A DNA stretch of 64,000 bases from Deltaproteobacteria bacterium (GTDB lineage: Bacteria > Bdellovibrionota_G > JALEGL01 > JAGRMV01): NCBI GenBank assembly GCA_020441045.1, contig JAGRMV010000001.1, positions 8,167-72,166 of the forward strand, read 5' to 3'. Under the pieces are notes generated by a model. The model was given only the letters and a program-made list of their open reading frames with translations, searched no databases and was not told where the DNA came from. Every line of letters begins with the position of its first letter. Positions within the stretch are counted from its first letter, which is position 1. This document shows positions 8,681 to 19,414 of this stretch, one piece after another. Made by a program: the position numbers and the translations under genes.

Positions 8681-9762
8681 AATTGCAAAAAATCCTCCAT
8701 GATTTCTTGCACGGCATTTTCTTTGCGTAACGTCTGCAATTGTTCTCTATACTGTGAAGGATCAATATTGAGCATAGATTGTATTTTTTCGAAAAGCAGC
8801 GCCGGGGTAAGATCTTTTTCTTCGATCATGATTGCACCTTGGGTTGCTACCAAAACCTTGGCATTTTCCACCTGATGATTGTCCGCCGCAATGGATAATG
8901 GAATAAGTATCGACGCAATAGCCACCGCTGCAAACTCAAGCACAGACGAACCTGATCTAGCAATGATCAAATGGGTTCGACCATAGATCGCTTCAACATC
9001 ATCAAAAAACGGTTGGACGGTGCTGGTCACATTGATCGACTGATAGCGCTCAGCAATATGTGCATAATCTCTACTGCCGGTTTGGTGAATGACCGTGATT
9101 TTATCTTTAAGTTCATTGATGTTCTGTTCTAGCATCGTGCAAAACACATCATTGACTTGCATAGACCCTTGTGAACCGCCCAATATGGTAACTGTTTTCA
9201 TCGCAGTTTTCTCACTGGGCGGTTGCACTGCAAAAATACTCTTGCGAATCAAATGGCCATAATTGCGAACTTTCTTAGAGGGAAAATAACGGTTTGCCCA
9301 CGCAAATACCACATACACCCGCTTGACAAACTTCGCCAAAATCTTATTTGACAGACCTGGAGCGGCATTGGGTTCAATGATTGCGCAAGGAATACCGCGC
9401 AAACTGGCAAGTAGCATGATTGGTCCCGAAGAATATCCGCCAATCCCAAAAACACGTTCAGGCTTATATTGATCTAAAACTTTTTTTGATTTCATAAATG
9501 CATTGGGTAATTTCAACAACCCTGAAAGTCGTTTGCCAATCGATCCGGATTTGACTCCTTGCATATCTAACAATTCGACATCAAACCCACGCGCTGGAAT
9601 CCACTGCTCTTCAAATTTTCCTTTTACGCCAACAAACACACATCGATATTCAGGATGTTTTTCTCTGATTTCAGACGCCAAAACAAACGCCGGAATAACA
9701 TGCCCTCCGGTACCACCAGCAGCAAATAAAATGGTCTTTTGATCCGCACTCATTGCACCCAA
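8677..9762 (-). CDS. murG: UDP-N-acetylglucosamine--N-acetylmuramyl-(pentapeptide) pyrophosphoryl-undecaprenol N-acetylglucosamine transferase
   Basis: 361 aa; LFAAGGTGGHVIPA N-terminus, GT28 architecture, dcw context. Confidence 0.9.
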   Translation of the reverse strand: MGAMSADQKTILFAAGGTGGHVIPAFVLASEIREKHPEYRCVFVGVKGKFEEQWIPARGFDVELLDMQGVKSGSIGKRLSGLLKLPNAFMKSKKVLDQYKPERVFGIGGYSSGPIMLLASLRGIPCAIIEPNAAPGLSNKILAKFVKRVYVVFAWANRYFPSKKVRNYGHLIRKSIFAVQPPSEKTAMKTVTILGGSQGSMQVNDVFCTMLEQNINELKDKITVIHQTGSRDYAHIAERYQSINVTSTVQPFFDDVEAIYGRTHLIIARSGSSVLEFAAVAIASILIPLSIAADNHQVENAKVLVATQGAIMIEEKDLTPALLFEKIQSMLNIDPSQYREQLQTLRKENAVQEIMEDFLQL

Positions 9763-9804
9763 AAACTACCCCCGGCTTGCTTGCAAGTCAAGAAGCCACC
9801 TTTT

Positions 9805-10935
9805 TTACAGAACCCGCGAAATTTTGGCTTTCTGATGTGAGATCGAGCTTGATAGCGATAACAGAAGGCCCAGAGAAAACATTGTTGAAATCAATGAAGA
9901 ACCTCCATAGCTTACCAAAGGCAATGTTAAGCCTTTGGTCGGCAGAAGCCCCATCACCACGCCCATATTAAAAAGTCCTTGCAGACTGATCAATACTGTA
10001 ATGCCCATCGCTAAAATCGAAGCATATTGATCTTGAATCCGTATCGAAAGACGTATGCCTTGTACCATGACGATAAAAAATAATATGACCACGGCGGCGC
10101 AGCCAATAAAGCCCAGCTCTTCGCCAATCACTGAAAAAATAAAATCTGTATGTGCTTCCGGCAGATATAAAAGTTTTTGCGTACCATCACCTAACCCTTG
10201 CCCTGCCAAACCTCCTCGCTCAAAAGCGATCAATGACTGAATCATTTGGAAGCCATCGCCTTGTGGATCAGCCCATGGGTTGAGAAAGCTAAAAAACCGT
10301 TTTCGTCTGTATTCTGTCGAAAAAATCAAATAGGCCATCGTAATCAGCCCACTGCCAACCAGTGCCAACAAATGCTCCAGCTTTGCCCCAGCTACAAACA
10401 CCATCAAAATAAGAACACTACCGATGGTCACTGTCGTACCAAAATCAGGCTGTTTTAAAATCAATAGCAATACAAAACCTTGCATGCATAAAAGCGGCAG
10501 TAGGCCTTGTTTAAAGGATTGAATTTTTGGCCCCATCCGCTCAATATAACCGGCAGTAAATAAAATAAACCATGGCTTGATCATCTCACTGGGCTGAAAT
10601 CGAAAACCGCCTAAGCTCAGCCAGCGCGTGGCATGTTTTGCTTCCACCCCCAGAGACGTCACCAGTACGGTCAGTAGCAACAAAATACATAAACCAAATA
10701 GTGGTAAGCTGATTTTTTTAAGCACGTGCATGGGAATAAGCAGTGCCACAAACATGGCAATAAAACCAACGCCCAACATCACCAAGTGCCTCTTGAGATA
10801 GTGCGCATGATTAGAAAAATGCTCTGCAGCCATCAGGCTACTCGAGCTATACACCATCACCGTACCAATACATATGAGCAGAAGAATGGATCCGAGCAAA
10901 ATAGGATCTACATATCGAAGTCTAGGCGATTTCAT
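9805..10935 (-). CDS. ftsW: Peptidoglycan glycosyltransferase / lipid II flippase FtsW (SEDS family)
   Basis: 376 aa polytopic protein with SEDS features; ATGA overlap with murD stop. Confidence 0.85.
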   Translation of the reverse strand: MKSPRLRYVDPILLGSILLLICIGTVMVYSSSSLMAAEHFSNHAHYLKRHLVMLGVGFIAMFVALLIPMHVLKKISLPLFGLCILLLLTVLVTSLGVEAKHATRWLSLGGFRFQPSEMIKPWFILFTAGYIERMGPKIQSFKQGLLPLLCMQGFVLLLILKQPDFGTTVTIGSVLILMVFVAGAKLEHLLALVGSGLITMAYLIFSTEYRRKRFFSFLNPWADPQGDGFQMIQSLIAFERGGLAGQGLGDGTQKLLYLPEAHTDFIFSVIGEELGFIGCAAVVILFFIVMVQGIRLSIRIQDQYASILAMGITVLISLQGLFNMGVVMGLLPTKGLTLPLVSYGGSSLISTMFSLGLLLSLSSSISHQKAKISRVL

Positions 10936-12236
10936 ACGGGAACATCTGCAATACGTTTTTTAAAATGCCGGCCGCGTTCTTCGATATTTTGATATTGATC
11001 AAAACTCGTAAAGCCAGGTGAGAACAGTACCACATCACCACTTTTAAGCACAGTAAGAACTTGTGCAAAGGCCTGATCAAGGTTTTTGACCTGTACTAAA
11101 TTAGGATGGGAAAGCACTTTACCTAAGGTCGGTGCCATCTCGCCAAAAACAGTGATGCTGACAATATTCTCATATTGCTGTAGTCTTTGCGCAAAATCTT
11201 GTAAATCAAGACCTTTACCTTTGCCACCCATCATCAAATGCACAGGCGCTTGAAATTGAGTAAGTGCAAACAGCGTAGCATCCGGTGTTGTACTTTTGGA
11301 ATCGTTGACAAAAACATTATCACCTTTAACAATTTTTTCTTGGCGATGTTCCAGTTGGACAAAATGTGCCAACACTTCTTTCACCTTCTGGATATCGATT
11401 TTATAAATACATGCCAACAGAAACAAAGCCAAAACCTGCTGCTTTGGATGACCATGAAAATCTAATGTGATTTCTCGCCCGAACAGATAAATGCTCTCAT
11501 CTTTGACATAAGCGTCAGCGCGCTGATCTGCCTGTGTGGAAAATGTTAAAATTTTGGCCTCACACCCTAATGGAATAAGCTCAGGCTGGTCTGCCGACAC
11601 AATGGCGTAATCGTCTTTGCTCTGGTTTTGAAAGATGCGCTGTTTCGCATAAAGATAATGATCCATACTGCCATGTCGATCGAGATGATTTGCATACAGA
11701 TTTAAAAACACTGCCACCTTCGGGTGAAAACTTGTACTTTGTTGCAATTGGAAACTAGAAACCTCTACTACAGCATGATCACAGCCCTTGCCGAGCGCTT
11801 GGACCAATGCTGTTCCGTAATTACCACCTAGAAAAACATTTTTGTAGCGCATACAAAGCAAGTCGAAACTCATTTTCGCCATCGTAGATTTTCCAAGTGA
11901 ACCAGTAATCGCGAGCACAGGGCATTGCAATCGATCAAAAGAAAAATCAATTTCTGTTTGAACAGTGATCCCCCATGCGTGGGCTTGCGCAATGATTGGA
12001 TGCTCTGCTGGCACACCAGGGCTGATCAGCAACGTCCCAATATTTTTCTTCAAACAAGCGACATCATCAGCAAACACCTGCACATGTTGCCCCGGTTTTT
12101 TATAGGTTGTAACCAAAGTTTGAATCGCTTGCAGGTCACCACCATCAAAAATATCGATATCAGCATCTTGCAGGTATTGTAAAAGACCAAGGCCTGTGCG
12201 CAGGCCAAAGCCAAGAATACCGTATTTTTTTGACAT
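10932..12236 (-). CDS. murD: UDP-N-acetylmuramoylalanine--D-glutamate ligase
   Basis: 434 aa Mur ligase (…ITGSLGKSTMA…), position between mraY and ftsW. Confidence 0.9.
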   Translation of the reverse strand: MSKKYGILGFGLRTGLGLLQYLQDADIDIFDGGDLQAIQTLVTTYKKPGQHVQVFADDVACLKKNIGTLLISPGVPAEHPIIAQAHAWGITVQTEIDFSFDRLQCPVLAITGSLGKSTMAKMSFDLLCMRYKNVFLGGNYGTALVQALGKGCDHAVVEVSSFQLQQSTSFHPKVAVFLNLYANHLDRHGSMDHYLYAKQRIFQNQSKDDYAIVSADQPELIPLGCEAKILTFSTQADQRADAYVKDESIYLFGREITLDFHGHPKQQVLALFLLACIYKIDIQKVKEVLAHFVQLEHRQEKIVKGDNVFVNDSKSTTPDATLFALTQFQAPVHLMMGGKGKGLDLQDFAQRLQQYENIVSITVFGEMAPTLGKVLSHPNLVQVKNLDQAFAQVLTVLKSGDVVLFSPGFTSFDQYQNIEERGRHFKKRIADVPV

Positions 12237-12237
12237 G

Positions 12238-13308
12238 CTAGCGCAATTTTAATGTTGCCAAGGACAAAATGGCAAGGATTATCGAAATAATCCAAAAACG
12301 CACGATAACTTTCGGCTCAGCCCAGCCTTTAAGCTCGAAATGATGGTGAATCGGTGCCATACGGAAAACGCGTTTGCCCGTCAAACGAAAGGATAACACT
12401 TGAATGATAACACTGCTGGCCTCAAGGACAAAAACCCCTCCGACCAAGATCAAAAGCAACTCCTGTTTGACCATGATAGCTATGACCCCCAATGTACCGC
12501 CTAGCGACAAAGACCCAATATCGCCCATAAATACCTGCGCTGGGTAAGTGTTGTACCAAAGAAAACTTAAGGCGCTGCCAAAAAGTGCGCCGCACAATAT
12601 ACAAAGCTCACTGGCACCTTGAATATAGGGAATTTGCAAATATTCAGAAAAATTCACATTCCCTGCCAGATACGCAAAAAGCAAATAGGTTATTGACGAA
12701 ACAATAATGGGTCCGATCGCCAAACCATCCAAGCCATCGGTCAAATTCACCGCATTAGAACTGGCGACCAAGACCAAGGCAACAAAAGGTACAAACAACA
12801 AACCCAACGGGATCACCAGATTCTTGAAAAAGGGTACTACCAGTGAGGTATCAAAACCAAGATACATAAATAAAAATCCAATCAGAAAAGAAAACCCAAC
12901 TTGTAAGCTGAGTTTACCCAAAGCCGAAAGTCCGCCTTTCTTTCGTATTTTTGATAGATCATCAATCAAACCAATCAAAGCAAAACCAACGGCTGTTAAC
13001 AAAGCAATCCAAGTGATATAAAGATCCAAACGAGCCCAAAGCAAAAAGGATACCGTCATCGTAATCAAAATCAAAATTCCACCCATCGTTGGCGTGCCTG
13101 ATTTGGCCAAATGTGAATCTGGCACGTCTTCTCGCACATTGTTGGCCTGGCCTTGTTTTTTCTTTAAAAACCGAATGATCGGACGACCAAATACCAACCC
13201 AATAAACAGCGCCGTCAATATCGCCATAAATACCCGAAAACTGGTGTACTTAAAAACCCGAAAATAACTAAGATCTACATGTAACGGATATAATAAATGG
13301 TATAACAA
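12238..13308 (-). CDS. mraY: Phospho-N-acetylmuramoyl-pentapeptide transferase
   Basis: 356 aa polytopic protein; …NAVNLTDGLDGLA… and …HHHFE… motifs. Confidence 0.9.
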   Translation of the reverse strand: MLYHLLYPLHVDLSYFRVFKYTSFRVFMAILTALFIGLVFGRPIIRFLKKKQGQANNVREDVPDSHLAKSGTPTMGGILILITMTVSFLLWARLDLYITWIALLTAVGFALIGLIDDLSKIRKKGGLSALGKLSLQVGFSFLIGFLFMYLGFDTSLVVPFFKNLVIPLGLLFVPFVALVLVASSNAVNLTDGLDGLAIGPIIVSSITYLLFAYLAGNVNFSEYLQIPYIQGASELCILCGALFGSALSFLWYNTYPAQVFMGDIGSLSLGGTLGVIAIMVKQELLLILVGGVFVLEASSVIIQVLSFRLTGKRVFRMAPIHHHFELKGWAEPKVIVRFWIISIILAILSLATLKLR

Positions 13309-13332
13309 TGTGTGCTCCTATAAAATAATGCC

Positions 13333-14688
13333 TTATATCCATGGTGCTATGATTTCTTCCAATCGCATTCCTCTGGATCCTTTTACATAGAGTATATCGC
13401 CTGATTGCAATTGTGTATGTATCTTTTCATACGCACTTTTTCGATCATCCAAAAGATGAATTTGCGATTCTTGCAGTCCACCAAGCAGAGCTCCCTGATA
13501 ATAATCTTTGGCAAATTGACCGAGCAAAAATACCTGGTCAATGCCTAAATCAAATAATTTTCTGGCAAGGTCCATATGCATTTTCGAACTTTGCTCGCCA
13601 AGTTCAAGCATATCACCTAACAGCACAACTTTTCGGCCTGGCAAGGTCGAAACCATGGTAAGACCTGCCATGGTTGAGGTAGGGTTGGCATTATAACAAT
13701 CGACAATGATGCGAATATCCTCATCTGTTTTATATTCCTGCATCCGCATATCCAATGGTTTAATCATGGCAATACGATCTTGGATCTCATTGATCGTTTT
13801 ACCACAAGCCATCGCCACACCGAGCGCGCAGGCTAAATTATTTCGATTATGTTGCCCTCCCAGATGAAAAGCTGTTTCTATCTGCTGCTGCCCATACTGC
13901 ACTTTGATCGTTTGATCGGACACAAGCTCAACAAAAACATCGGCCTGCGTTTGAGCAGATACCGTCACGATATCAACAGTTAATTTTTCTTGTAGGGTCG
14001 ATAAATACGGATCATCGATATTGATCACAGCAATGCCATCTTGGGGAAGACATGCAAATAATTCAGACTTGGCCTTGAGCACACCTTCTCGATTTTTCAG
14101 ATGCATCAAATGTGAATCCCCGATCACCGTAAGCACACCAATATCAGGCATCGCGTATTGGCAATAACTTTCTAAATCACCGAATTGATTGATACCCATT
14201 TCAATCACCGCAATATGATGGGCTGGACGTAACATCAATAGCGACAGGGGTATACCCAAATGATTGTTCCATGTCCCAGGCGTCGAAAATGCTTCTTCTC
14301 CTAATAGTGTATGGAGCATTTCTTTGGTTGTCGTTTTACCATTAGACCCGCTGACCCCGACCACAATGCCCGACCAAGCTTGGCGGTATTGTTTGGCCAG
14401 CTCATGTAAACTTTGTAATGTGTGGGCTACGATGATTTGCCGAGGCAAATGCATATCATGATCTACAACCACTGCAGCTGCCCCTTTATCTAACGCCCCT
14501 TGCACAAAGTCATGTCCATCTCTGGCAGCCTTGATCGCAAAGAAAAGATCGCCTGGTTGTAGCACCCTGGAATCCAAACAAACACCTGTAATGGCACCTA
14601 TCTGACTATCCAATACAGCTTCTGGAAGCCACTGCTGTAGCAACGCACTTTCGATACGGCAGTTCACCCTTAAATCATCTTTGTGCAT
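13333..14688 (-). CDS. murF: UDP-N-acetylmuramoyl-tripeptide--D-alanyl-D-alanine ligase
   Basis: Track ORF extends to 14781. The ATG at 14688 (MHKDDLRVN…AITGVCLDSRVLQPGDLFFA) gives a canonical MurF N-terminus and leaves an 8-nt gap after the murE stop. GSNGKTTTKE P-loop. Confidence 0.85.
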   Translation of the reverse strand: MHKDDLRVNCRIESALLQQWLPEAVLDSQIGAITGVCLDSRVLQPGDLFFAIKAARDGHDFVQGALDKGAAAVVVDHDMHLPRQIIVAHTLQSLHELAKQYRQAWSGIVVGVSGSNGKTTTKEMLHTLLGEEAFSTPGTWNNHLGIPLSLLMLRPAHHIAVIEMGINQFGDLESYCQYAMPDIGVLTVIGDSHLMHLKNREGVLKAKSELFACLPQDGIAVINIDDPYLSTLQEKLTVDIVTVSAQTQADVFVELVSDQTIKVQYGQQQIETAFHLGGQHNRNNLACALGVAMACGKTINEIQDRIAMIKPLDMRMQEYKTDEDIRIIVDCYNANPTSTMAGLTMVSTLPGRKVVLLGDMLELGEQSSKMHMDLARKLFDLGIDQVFLLGQFAKDYYQGALLGGLQESQIHLLDDRKSAYEKIHTQLQSGDILYVKGSRGMRLEEIIAPWI

Positions 14689-16156
14689 ATTGCTCCCAAT
14701 ACGTTTGGACAACTTCTTGATCATTGAATGGATACCGCACTCCATGAATCTCTTGATAAGTTTCGTGTCCCTTACCTGCAATCAAAACAATATCACCGGG
14801 CTGCGCCATTTGCAGAGATTTTTCAATCGCTGCTCTGCGATCGACAATGATTTCGACCTTCGTGGCATACTCTTTTTCAGTACGAATCCCTTGCGCCATT
14901 TCATCAATAATACTGGCCGGATCTTCCGTACGTGGATTGTCCGTGGTCATAATCAATCGATCGGCATATTCATAGACGGCTTTTGCCATTTTTGGACGAC
15001 GAGTTGCGTCTCGGTCACCCCCACAACCAAACACAGTAACAATACGGTTTTGACGAAATGGTGTCAGCGTCTGCAAAACATTACGAAGCGCATCTTCGGT
15101 ATAGGCAAAATCAACAATAACCGTAAAAGGCGCATCAATATCAACTTTCTGCAAGCGTCCTGGCACGGCAATACCTTTTTCAATACAGGCTTTCATGGTC
15201 GCAACATCAACCCCTTGTACTTTACAGGCAAGCATTGCCGCCATTGTGTTCATGACATTGTATTGTCCAAATGTTGGCATGAATATTTCAACCTTTTCGC
15301 CCATCATCGACAGTGTCATCTGCATACCGTTATCTGTGGTTACAAGCGAAGTTGGGTAGATATCAGCTCCGGGGTGCATGCTATACGTGCAGGTATTTTC
15401 GGCAATACCTTGAGAAACCCAATTTTTACCAACTTCATCATCGACATTGATCACAGCTATTTTATTTTTTTTAGGCGAAGTCGCCAAATGTTTGGTAAAA
15501 AGTTTGGCCTTGGCCTGCGCGTACTCCTGCATGGTTTTATGAAAGTCTAAATGCTCGTGGGATAGATTTGTATAAACACAGACATCAAAAGCAATATCAT
15601 CGATACGACCAAGCTCTATACCATGTGAAGAACATTCCATGACGACCGTTTCGACTTGATCTAGCTGCATCTGATAAAAATACTTTTGCAACATTTCATA
15701 CATTGGGGTGGTAAGCTTGGCATCCATGGTTGTGCCCGGCCAACGGTACTGCGTCGTTCCCACGTAGCCAACCTTGCAAGAAGCATATTGTAAGATCGCT
15801 TCAATAAAATAACTGGTACTGGTCTTGCCATTGGTACCCGTTACCCCAATCATATTCATCTTTGAAGTTGGATGATCATACAAAGCCTGGCATATTTTTT
15901 TTAGAACCTCTTGGCTACGTGGGGCAAGCAGTTGAGGGATGGGCTTGTCGATTTTTTCGGGTACGACAATTGCACTCACACCGCGCCCAATGACTTCATC
16001 AATGAAATGCAGGCCATCAAAATGCTCCCCTTGTTTTGGGAAAAAAAGTGCCCCAGCTGCCACCTGTCGAGAATCTGACTCTACCCAAGATATATCAACA
16101 TCAGATTTGTCCACAGAAGGAAAATCAAGAATTTGTGCTAGTTTTGACAGCAGCAT
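14675..16156 (-). CDS. murE: UDP-N-acetylmuramoyl-L-alanyl-D-glutamate--2,6-diaminopimelate ligase
   Basis: 493 aa; GVTGTNGKTSTSY P-loop; DNPR motif (TTDNPRTEDP) characteristic of MurE. Confidence 0.9.
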   Translation of the reverse strand: MLLSKLAQILDFPSVDKSDVDISWVESDSRQVAAGALFFPKQGEHFDGLHFIDEVIGRGVSAIVVPEKIDKPIPQLLAPRSQEVLKKICQALYDHPTSKMNMIGVTGTNGKTSTSYFIEAILQYASCKVGYVGTTQYRWPGTTMDAKLTTPMYEMLQKYFYQMQLDQVETVVMECSSHGIELGRIDDIAFDVCVYTNLSHEHLDFHKTMQEYAQAKAKLFTKHLATSPKKNKIAVINVDDEVGKNWVSQGIAENTCTYSMHPGADIYPTSLVTTDNGMQMTLSMMGEKVEIFMPTFGQYNVMNTMAAMLACKVQGVDVATMKACIEKGIAVPGRLQKVDIDAPFTVIVDFAYTEDALRNVLQTLTPFRQNRIVTVFGCGGDRDATRRPKMAKAVYEYADRLIMTTDNPRTEDPASIIDEMAQGIRTEKEYATKVEIIVDRRAAIEKSLQMAQPGDIVLIAGKGHETYQEIHGVRYPFNDQEVVQTYWEQYAQR

Positions 16157-16565
16157 CCCTTGTTTTTATCTTAAGTTGCAAAATAGAGCCACTGCTTCTT
16201 TATGACTTCGTTGATATTTTCATTATTCAACGCGTTAGAAATCAAGCAACCTTACTTTCGTATTCAGCAAATGATATTCATACCTTAACCAAATCTACAG
16301 AAGAATTGCCTGATGGTTCATTGAGAAAATATTTTTTATTCATGTATTAAATCTATCACTCAATCATTTGTAAGTATTGATTGGCTATAGAATATCTAAC
16401 TTTATTTTACTGATGATACGGAATGTAATCTTATTGTTATACAATCTACCTGATACAGTGATGCTCATTGTACTAAACCTATATAGCTCTCATAAAATAA
16501 AGGTAACTTCCCGCTGTTACACATGCCTTTAGCCTACGAGCTTTTGAGTGCGTAATATTATTAAC

Positions 16566-18281
16566 TTACTGTTGTTCAATGTCCATATAAGGCAGTGCAT
16601 TTTGCATCACATTTTGAAAGACAGGCGCAGCAATTGTGCCACCATGCTCACCTTCTTTAGGTTGATACAATACAATATAGGCAACCATGGCTGGATTTTC
16701 AGCCGGGACAAAACCTAAAAATGAACTTACGACATGATCATGCGAGTAGCTTTGTGTCTTCGGATCATAAATTTGCGCTGTACCAGTTTTACCTGCAACT
16801 TCATAACCATCGATTCTTGCTCTTTTACCGGTTCCATCTGGCTGCGTGACTGCTGTAAGATATTTGATCATTTCAGCAATTGTTTTTTCAGAATACATTT
16901 TTTGTTTTCTTCCTTGCGGCGCCACATCCAGCACTTTACCTGTTCCGGTAATCATTTTTTCGACGACATAGGGCTGTACAAGCCATCCACCATTGGCAAT
17001 CACAGACATCGCTTGGACCATTTGAATAGATGTGACACTGATTCCCTGTCCAAAGGCTAAATTGGCCAATCGCATATCACGCCATTTACGATTTGGATCA
17101 AATAAACCAGGAGATTCGGCAGGAAAATCAATACCCGTTTTTTGCCCAAAGCCAAAATTGTGAATGACTTTTTGCATGAGATCTTTTCCACCCTGCATGC
17201 CGATCTTCGCCATACAAACATTATTTGAATATTTAATAACGCCTTCTGGAGTAAGCCAGGTTTTTTGTACTGGATTATGGATTTTCTTTTTACCAATCCA
17301 GAGCGTCCCCTCTTCACAATTCATTTGCTCGCCAGGTTTAACAATGCCATCTTCGAGAGCTTGCGTCATGACAAAGGCTTTGAACGTCGATCCAGGTTCA
17401 AAAACTTCTAAAACATTTCTATTTTTACGAGAGCTGGCACTGCTTTGATCAATGCGATTGGGGTTCATTTGCGGATAAGATGCCATGGCTAACACTTTAC
17501 CCGTATATGGATCCATAATCGTACCAAAGCCAGCTTCAACATGATATGTTCGGGCAGCTTCTGCGATTTCTTTTTCTAAGAAATATTGCAAACCACTATC
17601 AATCGTCAATACAATATCAAATCCTTTTTTTCTTTCTAAATCTAGACTTTTGCTAACAAGTGTCGAGCGGCCTTTACCATCTGGTTGTGTAATAAGTTTT
17701 ACCCCATCGGAGTAGAGTGACTCGTCATATCTTCGCTCAATACCTTCTACTCCCTTTCCATCAAGATTGACAAAGCCTAATACTTGCGAAGCAAACTCAC
17801 GATCAGGATAGAGACGATCCCATTCGTAGGTAATACCCAATCCATATATTTTTAAATCTCGAATCGATTTTTCAACATTCGGATTAATTTTTCTTTGCAG
17901 CCAGACAAATCTTCGATCTTTGTTTTTAATTTTTTTTTGCCATATAGATTTTGGCATTTTAAGTATGCTAAGAAGTTTGCGTATTTTATCATCTTCAATT
18001 TCTAAAATCTTAGGATCAATATAGACAGATGGAACTTTAATGCTTACTGCCAATGCGCGCATCGTACGATCAAAGATCGTACCTCTGGGAGAAGTCAATG
18101 TAATCGTTTTAGTTTCTTGTTTACGTGTAAGTATTTGTAATTTTTCATCTCGTACAACCTGAAATGTGAGCAACTTTAAAAGAAGAAGCACATAACAAAA
18201 TGCAAAAACAGAAAAGACTGCAATCAATCTTTTACGGCTAGGATTAGAAACGTAGATCGCTCTCTTTTTATTCTGATACAT
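16566..18281 (-). CDS. ftsI: Peptidoglycan D,D-transpeptidase FtsI (PBP3-like class B penicillin-binding protein)
   Basis: 571 aa; N-terminal TM, STFK (…EPGSTFKAF…), SxN and KTGT (…AGKTGTAQ…) motifs. Confidence 0.85.
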   Translation of the reverse strand: MYQNKKRAIYVSNPSRKRLIAVFSVFAFCYVLLLLKLLTFQVVRDEKLQILTRKQETKTITLTSPRGTIFDRTMRALAVSIKVPSVYIDPKILEIEDDKIRKLLSILKMPKSIWQKKIKNKDRRFVWLQRKINPNVEKSIRDLKIYGLGITYEWDRLYPDREFASQVLGFVNLDGKGVEGIERRYDESLYSDGVKLITQPDGKGRSTLVSKSLDLERKKGFDIVLTIDSGLQYFLEKEIAEAARTYHVEAGFGTIMDPYTGKVLAMASYPQMNPNRIDQSSASSRKNRNVLEVFEPGSTFKAFVMTQALEDGIVKPGEQMNCEEGTLWIGKKKIHNPVQKTWLTPEGVIKYSNNVCMAKIGMQGGKDLMQKVIHNFGFGQKTGIDFPAESPGLFDPNRKWRDMRLANLAFGQGISVTSIQMVQAMSVIANGGWLVQPYVVEKMITGTGKVLDVAPQGRKQKMYSEKTIAEMIKYLTAVTQPDGTGKRARIDGYEVAGKTGTAQIYDPKTQSYSHDHVVSSFLGFVPAENPAMVAYIVLYQPKEGEHGGTIAAPVFQNVMQNALPYMDIEQQ

Positions 18282-18540
18282 AGACGTTCTTAGCGTTTTT
18301 CTTTTGGTACCCTAGATCAAATTTTTCATTGGCAATTTCTTTTACCCGTTTTGGACTTTGTATTGTAGAAAGTTCTAAAAGGTATTTTCGTTTTTCATCT
18401 TCTAATTCTAATTTTTTAACACGTAAATCTTGTACTTTATAGCTTAACTCCACAGTTAGAAAACGCGCTCTTACATAGAGCAATGAAAGCACTACCATAA
18501 CCAAAACCAAAAAAAGTTTATTTTTTATCCATTTTCGCAT
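18268..18540 (-). CDS. ftsL: Cell division protein FtsL (start uncertain: 18540 ATG or 18603)
   Basis: Short bitopic protein (TM LFLVLVMVVLSLLYV then coiled coil) between rsmH and ftsI. Confidence 0.5.
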   Translation of the reverse strand: MRKWIKNKLFLVLVMVVLSLLYVRARFLTVELSYKVQDLRVKKLELEDEKRKYLLELSTIQSPKRVKEIANEKFDLGYQKKNAKNVYVSE

Positions 18541-19414
18541 CAATGACTTCAACTCCCCGCACTTTTGCACTTCTGGCTCTTGGATTTTGTAAATATTCAT
18601 CACGTGTGGCTTGGATAGCCTTTTTATTTAAACGAATAACTTTTTTTTGCCGATCATAGTCTCGAAAAATATTTTTGACCACTCGATCTTCTAGTGAGTG
18701 GAATGTAATGACGACAATTCTTGCCCCTTTATGTAGATGCTTAACCAAATAAGCCAAAGCATTTTCCAGTTCTTGAATTTCTTGATTGAGTTTAATTCGA
18801 ATGGCCTGAAATGTTTTAGTCGCTGGATGGGTTTTTCCTCTACGCTTACCTACAGCTTGCGTAACGGCATCAACCAAATCAAAAGTCGTATTGAGCTTAT
18901 TTTGTTTACTTGCATTGACAATGCTTTTGGCAATTCGGCGACTTCGATACTCATCAGCATATTCATACAGGACATTGGCAATTTCTTCTTCCGTTAACTC
19001 ATGTAAAAGATCTCTAGCCGTTTGTGTCTGAGTTGTATCCATACGCATGTCTAACGGCGCATCAAAACGAAATGAAAATCCCCTATCAGCTTGATCCAAC
19101 TGCATACTAGACACGCCACAGTCTATAAGAACGCCGTCAATATTCTTGATAAGACCATCCATATCCATTAACGCTTGCGTCCAGCTCCCATGAAAAAACC
19201 GACTTTCAGGAAATTTTTTCTTGGCAGCTTCTATACACATTGGATCTCGATCAATGCCTACCATATTTGCTTGGCCTTTTATTTCATCAGCTAGTAAACC
19301 AAAATGTCCACCGGCACCAACTGTCATATCTAAAATCGTTTGACCCGGACGTGGTTGCAAAGTTTGCAACACTTCTTCAACCATGACAGGAATATGTTTT
19401 TTAGCTTCACTCAT
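18518..19414 (-). CDS. rsmH: 16S rRNA (cytosine1402-N4)-methyltransferase RsmH/MraW
   Basis: 298 aa; …HIPVMVEEVL…ILDMTVGAGGH… SAM-binding N-terminus; ATG overlaps priA TGA (ATGA). Confidence 0.9.
   Translation of the reverse strand: MSEAKKHIPVMVEEVLQTLQPRPGQTILDMTVGAGGHFGLLADEIKGQANMVGIDRDPMCIEAAKKKFPESRFFHGSWTQALMDMDGLIKNIDGVLIDCGVSSMQLDQADRGFSFRFDAPLDMRMDTTQTQTARDLLHELTEEEIANVLYEYADEYRSRRIAKSIVNASKQNKLNTTFDLVDAVTQAVGKRRGKTHPATKTFQAIRIKLNQEIQELENALAYLVKHLHKGARIVVITFHSLEDRVVKNIFRDYDRQKKVIRLNKKAIQATRDEYLQNPRARSAKVRGVEVIDAKMDKK

Noticed and set aside
14681-15550. 289-aa ORF on the + strand
   Set aside because: Entirely antisense to murE, whose identity is unambiguous. Low-complexity N/F/I-rich translation typical of the reverse strand of an AT-rich coding region.
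16036-16350. 104-aa ORF spanning the murE 5' end and the ftsI-murE gap
   Set aside because: Mostly antisense to murE, no RBS, low-complexity translation. The gap itself is kept as a finding but this ORF is not credited.
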